A stretch of DNA of 63,877 nt, filler included, from Octopus bimaculoides (GCF_001194135.2; 8 parts of 7 records of this genome joined end to end with filler, not necessarily neighbours in it); one strand, 5' to 3'; counted from the first letter of the whole stretch, positions 38,406 to 52,083 are shown. The notes: generated by a model not told the origin, from the sequence alone. Numbers and translations are program-made.

Positions 38406-38789
38406 TAATTACAGTACTATTTTGACAACGTAAAAGTAGCAATTTTTTCTGGGGATTATTGTGTGGCAAAAAAAAGACTGAAACGTTTTTGAAAAAAAAG
38501 TAAGATCTGTTAAATACCAAATTATATACACTTTCAAAGATATGATATAAGATACTTTCATTTATTTTAAGTTACATTATCAAGCGACTTTATCAACTTC
38601 GAGAGTGATATTTTAAGTAATCTAACTTTAAGTTTTAATCGTAAACTTAATAATACTACTTATGACTAATTTTCTTTCCCTCAAACAAATTTTAGTCTTG
38701 TTTTGCCTTATTAAACATATATAGTTTGAAAATAAAATGCATTTTATTTTCAAACTTTGGTCACTCTGTTTTGTTTTGTTTCTTTACAG

Positions 38790-38882
38790 TGGGAACTGAA
38801 AATTAGATGAAGTATCACAATGCAGTCTCTTGTAGATTGATCAATATTTTCAATATCTTAATTTCCGTAGTAGCATATTTCG
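38790..38882 (+). CDS. Candidate signal-peptide exon (MKYHNAVSCRLINIFNILISVVAYF|G)
   Basis: Strong acceptor TTTTGTTTTGTTTCTTTACAG, ATG at 38807, hydrophobic core, phase-1 donor CG|GTAAAT; no downstream exon identified. Confidence 0.3.
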
Positions 38883-39569
38883 GTAAATTTCGTATAGAAT
38901 TCATCATTCGTTAGAATGACAATTGTAAACATTGTCTGCGGGCAATCCGATACAAATATAATAACAGTATCGTGCACCATAATGTTTCTTCTACAACTGA
39001 TATTCTAAAAGTTACAAATGGGTTACAAACTAATGAATGTATCGCTGTGTTTAATTACACCTGGTTTCTTTGCTGTATGCGCATACCACACGATTTAAGT
39101 ATATCAGGATCAATTAATATTTGGTAGAAAATGTGACTTCTCTAATTTCTTCTCAGATAAAGTCGTTTAAACAGTGAAATATATTAAAGACTACTGAATC
39201 AGCACACCAAATATCACAGATCATCTTTGTCTTCTAACATATGAACTTGAAAATCACTTTCCTGCAGAGGAATACAAATCATCAGATACAAAATGAGGTG
39301 TCTGAAATACATTTGATGCAGCTAGCGTCAATCTAAATGTAGCTAAATTGAAAAGGCCGACCTTTGTAGTTAAAGAATAACTTGGGGTGGAATTAAAAGT
39401 CTTGGCATCAATTCTTAATTAAATTTTGTGTTTGATATTCATTAACATAATCGAAATGAAGTAGCTAGTATATGAGGTTTCGAAAATTGTTTCTAATTCC
39501 CAAGAAATACACCTGTGTAGGGAAACCGCTGCAATGACACGTGTAAGACATAACATGAGGTATCGATTT

Positions 39570-39760
39570 TTTGCACAAGGCCAGCAATGTGTGTGGGGTA
39601 ATCTGTCAATTATATTAACCTCAGTGCTCAGCTAGTATTTATTTTATCGACTACGACACTACGAAATGTAAAGTGGATCTTAGCGGGTTTTTAATTCAGA
39701 ACGTAAAAAACCAAAAGAAGTGATGCTAAGCATTTTGCATCTTGGGTAAATGATTGTACC
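39570..39760 (-). mobile_element. SINE family B (old)
   Basis: GCACAAGGCC tail; TTTATCGAC; GCTAAGCATTTTGC. Confidence 0.6.
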
Positions 39761-40552
39761 CGTTTTCCCCCTTCCACAATTACATAACTTAATAAAAGAC
39801 TTGTAAATTTATACGTTGCATTAAATAGCAGAATTTTGGTTTGACTGATATAAATGAAATAAACAGGACATCCTATAAGAATCTACATTAAACTGGAGTG
39901 TTTTTATGAAAGAAAGACAAATTTGGCAACATGCACACGTATTTTTTTCCTATTGACCACTTTTCGGGTACATCTAAATCACGGAAATATTTGCGATCGT
40001 GAAATAAAAGGCATGTTAGAAACCACTGCATCACAGTATTACTGCTCGGTGAGTTGAGTGTAATTATAAAATGTAGGAGTACCACATAAATCTGTTTGTT
40101 TTAAGTAGAAATTTTTGAGATTAAATATTTTACAGTCAGTTAAATCAGCGACGATTGACTTCTTGCAAAAAATGTACTTGTTGCATCAGATATTGCATAC
40201 GTCATACCTCAAATTTATGAGAACTTAGCGTTAGTGAATTAGTAAGGTAATTCACAACTATTAGTATCTTTGTAATTTTATATAGGTAACTAATTCACCG
40301 CCCATATAAAATATAGGTAGTGTATTTGAAGATACTTTCAGAAATATATGTCGGAAGCATTGCATGAATGGAAGCCAAAGTGGCGTGCACGGCCGACCTG
40401 GGCAATGCGCCGGTTTTTGAAAGCTTTAAAAAAGCATCTGAAAGTGGCATGACATATATCACCTTTTATGCTTTTCTCTCACCCTTTCTGTCTCCTTCAC
40501 GTAGCTAACAACAAACCTACCTATTCTTTCTTCTATTCATATCTATATAAAG

Positions 40553-40680
<128 letters not shown>

Positions 40681-42520
40681 AATTTTATGAAAATATATAG
40701 GAATAAATATGAAAACTGTGAGATGCATTTAGTTGTACACTTGAGTAGTGTAGGTGAGGAATATCAACTATCTAATTAAATGCATAGCAGCTATTTCAAT
40801 AAATCTTCCATTTCGGGTAATTATTTAAAACCATTTTCTAGAAATTTTGCAGTATATTAAGAATACTGGCTAAGCTTGACTTCTGTACAAATGCCTAATA
40901 GAAGTGAAATCGCTGAAAATTTAGAGAACATGGCATACATTCACTTAATTAAATGGAAAGCATCGGGTTACTTTAAAGCGATCACCACTATTTGATCACT
41001 GAAAAATTAAGAGAAAGTTGTTACATAATAATAATAATAATACATAAGCACTATTCGAAATGAAATCTTATAAGTCTCCTATTGCAATGGTGGGTAATTT
41101 TGCGTTATTTTCCTTAATATTTAGAAATTTTAACAACTTCACATCTCATCTCTAGTGTCAAGCTATTAATGCCTAAATATTCATTATGGGATATTAAATA
41201 GCAATCTATTTATTTTCAATTTCGCAAAATGTTTCTGCTCCTGAATGTCAAAGAGAATTGTTTAATGATGCTGCAAAGGGATATCTTTCATAATTTAGGG
41301 TTTTTAAAATTATGCTTACCTTGCAACAAAAACTTATTTTCCTTATGATTTTAAAATAACTTTGGATATGTAATAAATATCACATACGTACAATTTGCAC
41401 AATAATTGAAAAGCTTTTAAAATAATGAATGTATTCCAGTAAATCTGTTCGCTATTACCTTTTGAATTTCAGTTTACAACATACAGTATCATTCATCATG
41501 TTATTTAAAAAGCGCTATATAATAGAATACATCGTAGTAAAGTTTAAATGATTATATACAAGGCCTTAGCAAAAAGTATCGTGACCGCACTATAAAAAAC
41601 GTAACTACAACATTAATTCGGCATGTAATCTACTTCGAATTAGTTTCCTTCACACGATTTATCCGGCGTCGATTTTATCGATGGAAGAATTCGTGGAGCA
41701 ATTTTCTTTCTTGGGGTGAGGGTTAGCGAGAAGCTACCTCGTCGCACTCTTTGGGCTATCCTGGACGTCGTCAAATCTTGTTTCTGCAAGCATTATTCGA
41801 TTTATGGAAAGAGGAAAGTGTTGCAAAAAGCGAAATCTGGAAAATATAGAGGTTGATGGACTGTCGGGAAAGGGGGTGCGAGGGACCCCCTAGGGGTCGG
41901 TGAGAAATTACAGGGAGCCGATGATAGCCAAGGGGTTGAATGGGGGTCGGCGTACGAAAGACGAGCTCACCCAGATGAACTGCTTGAAATACGTAGTCAG
42001 TGCCATGCTCGTCCTTCACATTGATGTTGTCAATTTCAGTAAAAGATATTCCAGCAATATGGTGCATTTTTCACATTTTCTAACCGTGACAGCAATTTCA
42101 TAAAAATTGAAAGCTTAATACTTCAATGGAATTTGTTAATTTGTCGTACACATATATTTTAGCTAACATGGTCGAAAAGGTTTGGCGACATCTTTACTAG
42201 TGGAATGTTCTTCTTGCCAAAGGGCGACACAAATGAAAGCAGTTTTGGCAGAAACTTGTCAGATACACGTTTCACACCTAAAAATTCAGTGATAATGGGC
42301 TGAACTCAACTGTAACTAACGATAACATCCTTTGAAAAGTAACTCACAGTGATTCAGTGACAGTGATTCAGTGAGATTTCTGAACCGCTGCACTCATATC
42401 TAAGATCTTTTATGAGTTCTGCTCTTTGCCGGTTTCTCAGATCTTGTGCCACGTGAAACATTTGTCATATTCCCAAAAATTGCAATGCATTAAAAAAAGA
42501 TATATATATATATATATATA

Positions 42521-42689
42521 CTAGCAGAGGCACCCGGCGTTGCTCGGGAATGAAATTGTTGCTTATTAGTACTTGGAAACTTTTACGAAAATTAAAATGG
42601 GGATTAAATGAAACAAATGATTTACGTGAATATCCTCACAATAGTAATTGAAATAAATGCCGATTGTGGAACCCCCCCACGCACGCACG

Positions 42690-42726
<37 letters not shown>

Positions 42727-43366
42727 ACACATCAGATGAAATGGACGTGTGCGTGTGACAGAGAGAGAGAGGTTTGTTATCATGTATACGTACATGCATA
42801 AATTTGCATACATCTTTGTGTATGAGTGTGTGTGTGTGCGTGTGTATATGAGAGAGAGAGAGTAGATACTACATACACGCCGCTCTTTCACTCTCTCTCT
42901 CTCTCTCACACACGCACAGATACATCCAAAAATGATGGATGCATATGACAACACACTCTTCGACTCACTCACACTCTGTCTCTTGCAAACACACACATAC
43001 ATAAATATATACAAACATATTTACAAAGACACACGTGTGTATGCGTGCGCGCCTGCTACGTCAATACTGGAAGTTGACATTGCATCACAAGTATGTAAGC
43101 ATTTGGGAGAAAAACGTCAAAATAGAGAGTGAAGCTTTTTGCCGTTGTTACGTCAATACCGGAAGTTGACATTGTGGGACCTTTTGAAAGAAGTGAATCA
43201 TAAATATAAAGCAATATCCTTTATTTTTAATAAAAAAATCAAATGAAGAGCCTAACATTTATCCAAGGTCAAATTATTCATGCATCACAAGTATGGAAGC
43301 ATGTGGTGAAGTCGATTTCACGTGAAAAGCGAATACACAGACATCTCTATCTTATATATTAGAAGA
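42521..43366 (-). mobile_element. Non-autonomous Helitron (846 bp)
   Basis: Minus strand: A|TCTTCTAATATATAAG 5' end; 3' end CCCGAGCAACGCCGGG hairpin, then TGCCTCTG-CTAG|T; A^T target. Confidence 0.85.
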
Positions 43367-43679
43367 TATATATATACATATATATACACCAAACATAAAT
43401 TGAAAACAGAACACAAAGGATATCGCGGTACACGTGTTTCAAGCAAGCTATATAAACAATATGTTATTACATCAGCATAGGTATATTATTGATATAAAAG
43501 ATGTGATAAACCTATTATAATGGAAAATACTAAGTGTACTTTTTCTTTCGTGATGTAATCTTTGGAATAACAGTGTTTGCGGCTAAAGAGAGCTTTACAC
43601 CATCTTTTATACCCATAAAATACCTATGATGATGTAATAACAGATTGTTTATAAAGCTTGTAAGGAGTTATTACAAATA

Positions 43680-43928
43680 CTTTAAGATTGTTTTTGTCCG
43701 ACATTATGCAAATCAGTCCAGTTTGCAATGCAGATTGCTCAGGAACACGTATATAGGCGAACATACTAAAATCCGTATGGTGCAAGAATGTCTGTGTTGT
43801 GTATGTTTATCTTAATTTAGTTTGTTTTACTTGTATGTGTTAACGCATGAATGTAATACATACGGAGTGTATTTCACACAATTGAAACGCTGAAACTTTT
43901 GTGCTTAATAATCATTTCTACTGTAGGC
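43680..43928. repeat. About 250-bp direct repeat, copy 1 (partner 46359-46608)
   Basis: Alignable end to end at roughly 85-90% identity. Confidence 0.9.
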
Positions 43929-44126
43929 GCAAGGCCTGAAATTTGTGGGAAGGTCGATAGTCGAATACATCGACACCAGTAGACAACTGGTACTTAATTT
44001 ATCGACCTCGAAATAAAGAAAGGTAGAGTCGACCTCGTCGGAATTTGAACTCAGGACATAGCGACGGGCGAAATACCACTAAGCATTTCGACCGGCGTGC
44101 TAACGACTCTGCCAGCACGCCGCCTT
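43922..44126 (-). mobile_element. SINE family B
   Basis: CTGCCAGCACGCCGCCTT head in reverse complement; central module present. Confidence 0.88.
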
Positions 44127-44153
44127 CGTTTTATTCTTAATAATACGTTACAC

Positions 44154-44375
44154 AGGGCATCGAGTTGCCAGATTTGTTAGCACTATGGAAAAAATGCTTA
44201 CAGGCATGTCATCCGACTGTACATCTTGAGTTCAAATTCTGCCGAGTTCGCCTATGCCTTTCATTATGTCTGGGTCAATAAGATAAGTACCAATTGAGCG
44301 CTGGGGCCATCTAACTGGCTCACCCATCCCCCAAAGTTGTTGGCCTTGTGCCAAATTTTGCAACCAATGAATTTC
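44154..44375 (+). mobile_element. SINE family B (diverged)
   Basis: TTGAGTTCAAATTCTGCCGAGTTCGCCTATGCCTTTCAT; tail GGCCTTGTGCCAAA. Confidence 0.8.
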
Positions 44376-44460
44376 AAAAAAATAGCCCATATGCATACAG
44401 AATTCACATATTCATATATTTCTTTGGTATGTCTGAGTGTGCGTACGTGTGCGTATGTGC

Positions 44461-44491
<31 letters not shown>

Positions 44492-45634
44492 TAAAATATG
44501 TCTACATATGTCTGTTGGTTTTAAGTAACATATGTGTGTATGTGCGTAGGAGTGTATGTAGGATGATGCAACTCTCAAATCAACATCGTGTTGCTTCTCT
44601 AGTTCTACTTGTCTTAATTTTGATCAGTGTGGCGCGAATAGGGTGATTGGTTGATACATAATGTCTAAGAAATTTGTTTGCGATATTTATTAAATGAATT
44701 TAATGTTTGATCCTGCAACGCTATTTGGAGCAAATATAACTTACTACTTTCTAACATTTATAAAATAATACGTCTCATAGAGTCTTAGCTGCTGTTCATC
44801 GATTCCGCTCTTTCTCATATATGAAAAGTTTTGTTGTTGAGTAAATTTGTCTTCTGATTACTCGTGAGCTTAATAATTATATGGCAAAGTGAGAAGAACG
44901 TTCGCCATACTTACTCTGCGTCAGTTAACCAGTACATCTCAGGAAGAAAACCTGGAGACCATACTGTGAGAAATTTAATGGATCTCAGATTTTTTAGTCG
45001 CTTCTCACTGATATCTCTATATTCATATATTCATAACTCATCGCCTATAGCTAATGCAAGTGGTTAGTAAATAAAAGATGTTCGTTATGCTTGCAATAGT
45101 TAGGTGTATTTAACTAGCCACTGTATTCACATGGAGGAATGGAAGATTCAATAACACTGGTGTTCTTTTATATCCATGCGCTTATAAACTGTCTGCAACA
45201 CGGGTTTATTTAATAAATACCGTGTATTCGTGAATACATAAAACAGCCGTAACCTCAAGAACTCTAGCTATCGTAATGACAGTTTTTTTAGAATCTTATT
45301 AGATAATCTGATACATAGCTTTAGGATAAATCGCATGAAGTATGAATGATCTTTCTTTTCTTTCTCATTATACCACGGTATCTTCGAATTAATAGTAGAC
45401 GGTTGTGTTGTAGACAATATTTAATATTCAGTATTTCTTCTTTTGAATTAGTGCTGTTCTACTTTCCTTTAAAAGTACTGTGATGTCAGTGACAGTAAAA
45501 ATGCGACGCAAGATAGATATTTGCCAAAGACAATGCATTTTTAATGAGTCAGCGACAGCTTACCGGAAATTTGGCTCTACTTCAATAGGTGGTATATATG
45601 AGTGTGTGTGTGTGTGTGTGTATGCGTGTGTGTG

Positions 45635-45672
<38 letters not shown>

Positions 45673-45685
45673 TGTATATGTATAT

Positions 45686-46036
45686 ATACTCTTTTACTTG
45701 TTTCAGTCATTTGANNNNNNNNNNTTCTTTGTAAGCCTAGTACTTATTCTATCGGTCTCTTTTTGCCGAACCGCTAAGTTACGGGGACGTAAACACACCA
45801 GCATCGGTTGTCAAGCGATGGTGGGGGGACAAACACAGACACACAAACACACATACATACATATATATACATATATACGACGGGCTTCTTTCAGTTTCCG
45901 TCTACCAACTCCACTCACAAGGCTTTGGTCGGCCCGAGGCTATAGTAGAAGACACTTGCCCAAAGTGCCACGCAGTGGGACTGAACCCGGAACCATGTGG
46001 TTGGTAAGCAAGCTACTTACCACACAGCCACTCCTG
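45686..46036 (-). mobile_element. SINE family A (young-looking)
   Basis: Very close reverse-complement match to 11838-12175. Confidence 0.95.
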
Positions 46037-46358
46037 CGCCTTATATATAGATAAGTTCCATCGTTCATAGCTTAAACATGGTTTTCTCAACTTGACAGAC
46101 GCTTTCCTAAGGGGCATCAGTACTAAATGATTTCCATGAGAACTACGGTTGAACTATCTTATTTTATCCCCCACCCTCAATATAGGATTAAAAGGTTTTC
46201 TCTCATATAGCTCTGACAGATAGGTATCAGAATGATAAAAACGAGAGCAACAATGCAGTAGGGTCTCTGTGAATATATGTAATTTGTAATTTCCTGAAAT
46301 CGTCGCTCTTCCCTTTCTGAGGCTTACTAAATACTGCTAGGCATTTAATTTATTTGTG

Positions 46359-46608
46359 CTTTAAGATTGTTTTTGTCCGACATTATGCAAATCAGTCCAG
46401 TTTGCAAAGTAGATTGCTCAGGAACACGTATATAGACGAACATACTAAAATCCGTATGTTGCAATAATGTCTGTGTTGTGTAAGTTTAACTTAATTTAGT
46501 TCGTTTTACTTGTATATTATTAATGCATGAATGTAACACATATTTGGTGTATTTCACACAATTGAAACACTTAAACTTTTGTGCGTAATAATTATTTATA
46601 CTGTAGGC
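46359..46608. repeat. About 250-bp direct repeat, copy 2
   Basis: Matches 43680-43928. Confidence 0.9.
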
Positions 46609-47061
46609 ACAAATAAGCACACGCACTGTATGTTCGAGCTTTACTTCGGATTTATCATTGTTCTTATTTCATGTCTGGAAATGTGTCGTCTCACGTCCTG
46701 CGACCTCTACACCGACATTCCATCCCAAGTGTTTCTTCCTGTTCTATTTTGTCCATTCTGGACGTGGATGTGTGACAAAAAATTTCCAGACAAAGGAGAT
46801 GAAATAGGAATAACAATAAATCCGAAGTGAAGAAGGAAGAAATAGTGCGTGTGTTTATTTGGCAACAAAAATGATCATCTCTAAATATAACAGTACATGC
46901 ATACATATGTGTATGCGTGTATGTGTATTTATACATGCATACATGTGTACATATATATATANNNNNNNNNNNNNNNNNNNNNNNNNNNNNNNNNNNNNNN
47001 NNNNNTTAATTAATTAANNNNNNNNNNNNNNNNNNNNNNNNNNNNNNNNNNNNNNNNNNNN

Positions 47062-47410
47062 TGTATTTTATAATAATTGGCTAGTGTTTCTAGAATCCAC
47101 GTGTGGGGAACACTGTCGAAAGCCTTTTGGTAATCCACCCAGGCCATACTGAAGCCTTTCTTCTTTCTGCGGCTGTCTTCAGTTATGGCTTTATTGATCA
47201 ATAATTGATCTTTACAGCCGTATGAGCCCTTGCAGCACCCCTTCTGCTCTTCTGGAAACAGGTTGTTATTTTCCAGGTGCTTACTCAATCTCTGCGATAT
47301 TATTGCAGTGAAGGCTTTGTAGATCGTAGGGAGACAGGTTATAGGTCTATAGTTTTGTGGTTTCTCCGTCTCCGTGGATTTGGAGATTAAGATGGTTTTC
47401 CCTTTCGTCA
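47062..47410 (-). mobile_element. R4/Dong reverse transcriptase fragment (domains 1-3)
   Basis: NYRPITCLPTIYKAFT...EEQKGC...KDQLLINKAI...MAWVDYQKAFDSVPH; open frame up to the gap. Confidence 0.93.
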
Positions 47411-47433
47411 TTATTATTATTATTATTATTATT

Positions 47434-47822
47434 GTTCAGTAGTTTTATTTTTATAACGTGCTTTCACTTCACTACCGAGTGCAGCTCTGTGCGCCTTGGG
47501 TATGTGCCGTGGTTTGCTGTGGTGCTCTTATGTTTACTGTATTGAAAGTGATTTGCGTAAAACGTGTGCAGTACCCAGTAGTGCAATTTTCTGTATGTTA
47601 TATATATTTGTAAGTCCTGGTGTTTTTGTTATGTATTTGTCTGAATATTTTTTTATTGTACCTAAGCCACCTACTATGACAGGAATTGTTTCTGTTTTTA
47701 GACTCCACATACGAGTTATCTCTATTTCAAGGTCTTTGTATTTTGAAAGTTTTTCCATTTCTTTTAGAGAAACGTTGTCATCTGCTGGTATTGATACATC
47801 AATTAGAAAGCATTTTTTTTCT
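47434..47822 (-). mobile_element. R4/Dong 3' end (REL endonuclease C-terminus plus 3' UTR)
   Basis: CFLIDVSIPADDNVSLKEMEKLSKYKDLEIEITRMW...IQKIALLGTAHVLRK; (TAA)n on both sides. Confidence 0.93.
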
Positions 47823-47851
47823 TCTTCATTATTATTATTATTATTATTATT

Positions 47852-50560
47852 GAGATTGGACTGTAGGAGAAGAAAATTTCCTAACATCGGGCTACAATAC
47901 GTAAATTTAGATGCCAAGAACCCTCCTAAGTATCCTAGCTGTTCCAAATAACATTGTTTCCTGGAGCTGTACTAAACTGGGTTTTATGCTTATTTCCTTT
48001 ATCCACCTGTTCAAATCATTAGGGATAGTTCCTAATGCACTTATAACTACTGGTGTACATCTTACCCACACTTTCCATGGTCTGTGTAATTTAATCGTTA
48101 GGTCCTAGTACTTTGCTATTTTTCTATACCTCTCATATTGATTTTTCATCATTTGGGACGGTAAAGTCGGTTATTTGGCACTTTCGGTTCTTTTTATCTA
48201 CTACTGCCAAATCAGGCCTTCTAACGTCTATTACTCTGTCAGTCCGAATGTCAAAGTCCCACTGCATCTTGTATTTCTTACTTTCTAGAACTTTATTAGG
48301 CTCATGTTCATACCAGTTATCGGTATGGTCAAATCCTAGCTTTCATAACTCCCAGTGGAATACTCTCCCTAGGTTGTCATTCCTTTTGTGTTATTCTTTC
48401 TATACCAGCATGCTATATTAACTTGTTATGTGAGTAACACTTTCCTCTTTTGATTTGCATAACCTACATTGAGAATCTACTTTGTTTTGTCTATCTTGGC
48501 TTTTATCCAATTAGTCCTTATTGCTCGATCTTATTTTGCTACTAACAAACTTTGTTTCCTTTTCAGCCTTCCTTCCTGCAACCATAACCATGTCTTAGTA
48601 CTACTATTTGCTACAGCTATCTTTGAGAATCTACCAACCAACGCCTTCTCTTGCCAGTCAGATAATTTCTGTTGTTTTTTCTGGTTTTTAAATTCGTTTT
48701 GGTTTTTGGTTTCCCAATGTCTTGCTGTGGCTCCAGCAACTTTTAGTAAACTTTCTTCACTATTGCCTACATAAGAGTCTATATCTGCTCTAGCTAACTC
48801 CATGCAGTCTTCTACTGATATTAGCCCTCTTCCGCTTTGCTTTCTAGGTAAGTATAATCTTACTACTCCTGCACTTGGATGAAGTCCTCCATTTATATTG
48901 AATTCCTTCCTAATTCTTCTATCTAGCTTTACTAATTTAGTTTTCGTCTAGTCTACAAAAGCTGCTGAATATCTAAGTAATGATACTGCCCAAATATTTA
49001 CAACCTTCACTAGATTCGGACCATTTGGCTTAGACTTCATTAGATTCTTCACCATTCTGATGTATTCCTTCTCAATTTTCGTTTTCATTTCTACAATAGT
49101 ACTCTGGCAGTTTCTAATACTCCTAGATACTTATGACTCTCTGATCCTTTCAATGATTTTTTTGTCACGTTATCTGGTAATTGGATGCCTTCACTGTTGA
49201 CTACCTGGCCCCTTCTCATGACTAATATTGCACAATTATCTATATCAAATTCCATGCCTATATGCTTGAAGAGTCTTACAGTCTGTATGAAGAATCTATC
49301 TCTTTTTCATTCTTACTAAAAAGCTTCAGATCATCCATGTAGAGCAAATGGTTAATTTTTCCCTCACTATTTCTGAACTGATACCATGCCTTTGTCTTCC
49401 TTAATACTAAACTGAATGGCATCAAACATAAGACAAATATCAAAGGGGATAACGAGTCCCCTTGGAAAAGTCCTCTCTTGATATTAACTTTCTCTAAGAA
49501 TGTGTCACCTGAGTAGAGATCTACTTTCCATTTCTTCATGTTAACGCTAATTAATTCTCTTACGTTGTCTGCTATACTGAATATATTGGGATCGTGTCAT
49601 AGGCATTCTTATAATTTATCCATGCTATTGTTAGATTTTTCTTTCTAGCTTTTACTTCATCTAAAATTGCTTTGTCTATGTACAATAGATCATGTGTTCC
49701 TCCAGCCTTCTTCCTGCAACCTTTGTTCTTCTGGCAGTAAATTGTGATTGTCAAGGTGCTTGTAAATGTTTTCTCAAAGCATTCCTATTAACAGCTTCCA
49801 CGCTAATGGTAAGCAAGTGATTGGTCTATAATTGCTAGCTGTACTAACCTTGGTTTTATCTTACATAAGGAGCATTGTTATCCCTCTAGTCATTGAATCT
49901 GGTATTATTCCTCCATAAAGGCAATCCTGAAGTTTCTCGCTCCACCGCCCATGTATACTACTAAATTTCTTTAGCAGTACCCTTGAACTAAATCTGGTCC
50001 TGGGCCCTACCAATTCAGCATTTTCCCAAAAACTTTACTCATTAATGCACTAGTTAGTCTTAGATCTGGTTGCTTCTCACTCATTATTTCTCTCACTTTC
50101 TTTAACCATACTGCATCTCCATTATGATTCACTGTCTTATGCCAAATATTTCTCCGGAACTTTCCAGCTTCTGCATTAGGCTTCTCGTCTTCAGTACTTC
50201 GTTCTCCACTATTTATTTAGTTATAAAATCCCCTCTGGTCTTGTGAAATATCTAATCTTCTCGTAACTGCTACACCTCATGCATAGATCAATAAGTTAGT
50301 GTCTCCTATATTTTTATTATCGATGTTACTGAAAACAGAATCTATTTTCCTAGTCATATCTAGCAGCTTCCTTCTTTTAGTACGTTTTAATGCTGGCAAT
50401 CTTTTTCTTACTTCTTTACTCATTATTTCCTGCAACTCATCTAAAATCTTCTGATCTTCCTCACTTAAATCACTTAAATCGCTGGTGCTAGTTGTCCTTT
50501 CCTTATTGGTAGCGCTATTATTATTTTTTCTTTATGTTCTTCTTTGGTTTGAGCTGTCGC
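47852..50560 (-). mobile_element. Long degenerate R4/Dong element of a second lineage (RT plus REL)
   Basis: RGLFQGDSLSPLIFVL, INHLLYMDDLKLF, WLQEGRLKR, and REL tail TPVVISALGTIP...FGTARILRRVL; many stops and frameshifts; followed by (TAA)n. Confidence 0.9.
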
Positions 50561-51208
50561 TCTTATGCTGCCTTTTATCTTTCCTACTGTATATATATTG
50601 TATATATCAGTATGTTTTGTTATTAGGTTTGGTTTGAGTCTACTGTTGTATTGTGTCTTGTTTGTGCAGCGCAGCTTGTGTTCTTCTGTTGGGTATCGGA
50701 CTGCTATGGCACATGTTATAGGCTTTATTCATTTTATTGGGTATTTACTAAGTTTATTCCTGTATGTCATTGGAGGCCTGTTATATATTAGTGTATGTAA
50801 ATCATAAATCAACCATTTCATACTATTCATGGTTATCTGCCCATAATTTTGGGGGGAGGGTTGGTTTTGTTATGGATCCATCTTTGCAGCATTTACTTTT
50901 TGACAGAACACTGCCCATGGAGATGTATTGATGTTTCTTTCGTATTTATAATTATTATTGATATATAAGCGAGAGATCGAGAAGAAACAGCAATATATAG
51001 AGGTCTATATATGACCTTTATAAGGATGCATATGTAATTAAAATTGAAAATTTTACTCACAGGTTGGCACTTTTCGTATAGAAATATTGCAGTCCATGCG
51101 TTTACATTTTCACACACGTGTTGATGTGGCTGCGCATCTGCGGGAAGCTATTTTATATATATACATATATTGTCCATATAAGAAATATTATTATTATTAT
51201 TATTATTA

Positions 51209-51413
51209 TTCAATAGTTTTATTTTTATAACGTGCTTTCACTTCACTACCGAGCGCAGCTCTGTGAGCCTTGGGTATGTGCTGTGGTTTGCTGTGGTGCT
51301 CTTATGTTTACTGTATTGAAAGTGTTTTGCGTAGAATGTGTGCAGTACCCAGTAGTGCAATTTTCTGTATGTTATATATATTTGTAAGTCCTGGTATTTT
51401 TGTTATGTATTTG
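51209..51413 (-). mobile_element. R4/Dong 3' tip (about 200 bp)
   Basis: Near-identical to 47434-47640; (TAA)n downstream. Confidence 0.9.
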
Positions 51414-51759
51414 TTCTATACTTACATTATTTTTCTTCCATGTTTTATATGTATGTGTTGTTGCGTTTTCGTNNNNNNNNNNNNNNNNNNNNNNNNNNNN
51501 NNNNNNNNNNNNNNNNNNNNNNNNNNNNNNNNNNNNNNNNNNNNNNNNNNNNNNNNNNNNNNNNNNNNNNNNNNNNNNNNNNNNNNNNNNNNNNNNNNNN
51601 NNNNNNNNNNNNNNNNNNNNNNNNNNNNNNNNNNNNNNNNNNNNNNNNNNNNNNNNNNNNNNNNNNNNNNNNNNNNNNNNNNNNNNNNNNNNNNNNNNNN
51701 NNNNNNNNNNNNNNNNNNNNNNNNNNNNNNNNNNNNNNNNNNNNNNNNNNNNNNNNNNN

Positions 51760-52005
51760 CACGTGTGTTTACGATCGCTGTTCGGGTAGTGGAGGTATCA
51801 AGTTAAAATACATCATTATATTTGGAAAAATAGGAATCAATTTCAATGAGTATTACTTACTCGGATATAGTCCAACCCTTTGTCAGCTATTTTTTGTACA
51901 TGGTGTTTGGGTTTGGAGATGATCTGAATTTTGATGTAACACGTGTGTTTACGATCGCTGTTCGGGTAGTGGAGGTATCAAGTTCGGTAGTGGAGGTATC
52001 AAGTT
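51760..52005. repeat. 180-bp-period tandem duplication with an extra 21-nt repeat
   Basis: 45 bp identical at 51760-51804 and 51940-51984; GGTAGTGGAGGTATCAAGTT repeated again at 51986-52005. Confidence 0.85.
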
Positions 52006-52007
52006 AC

Positions 52008-52083
<76 letters not shown>

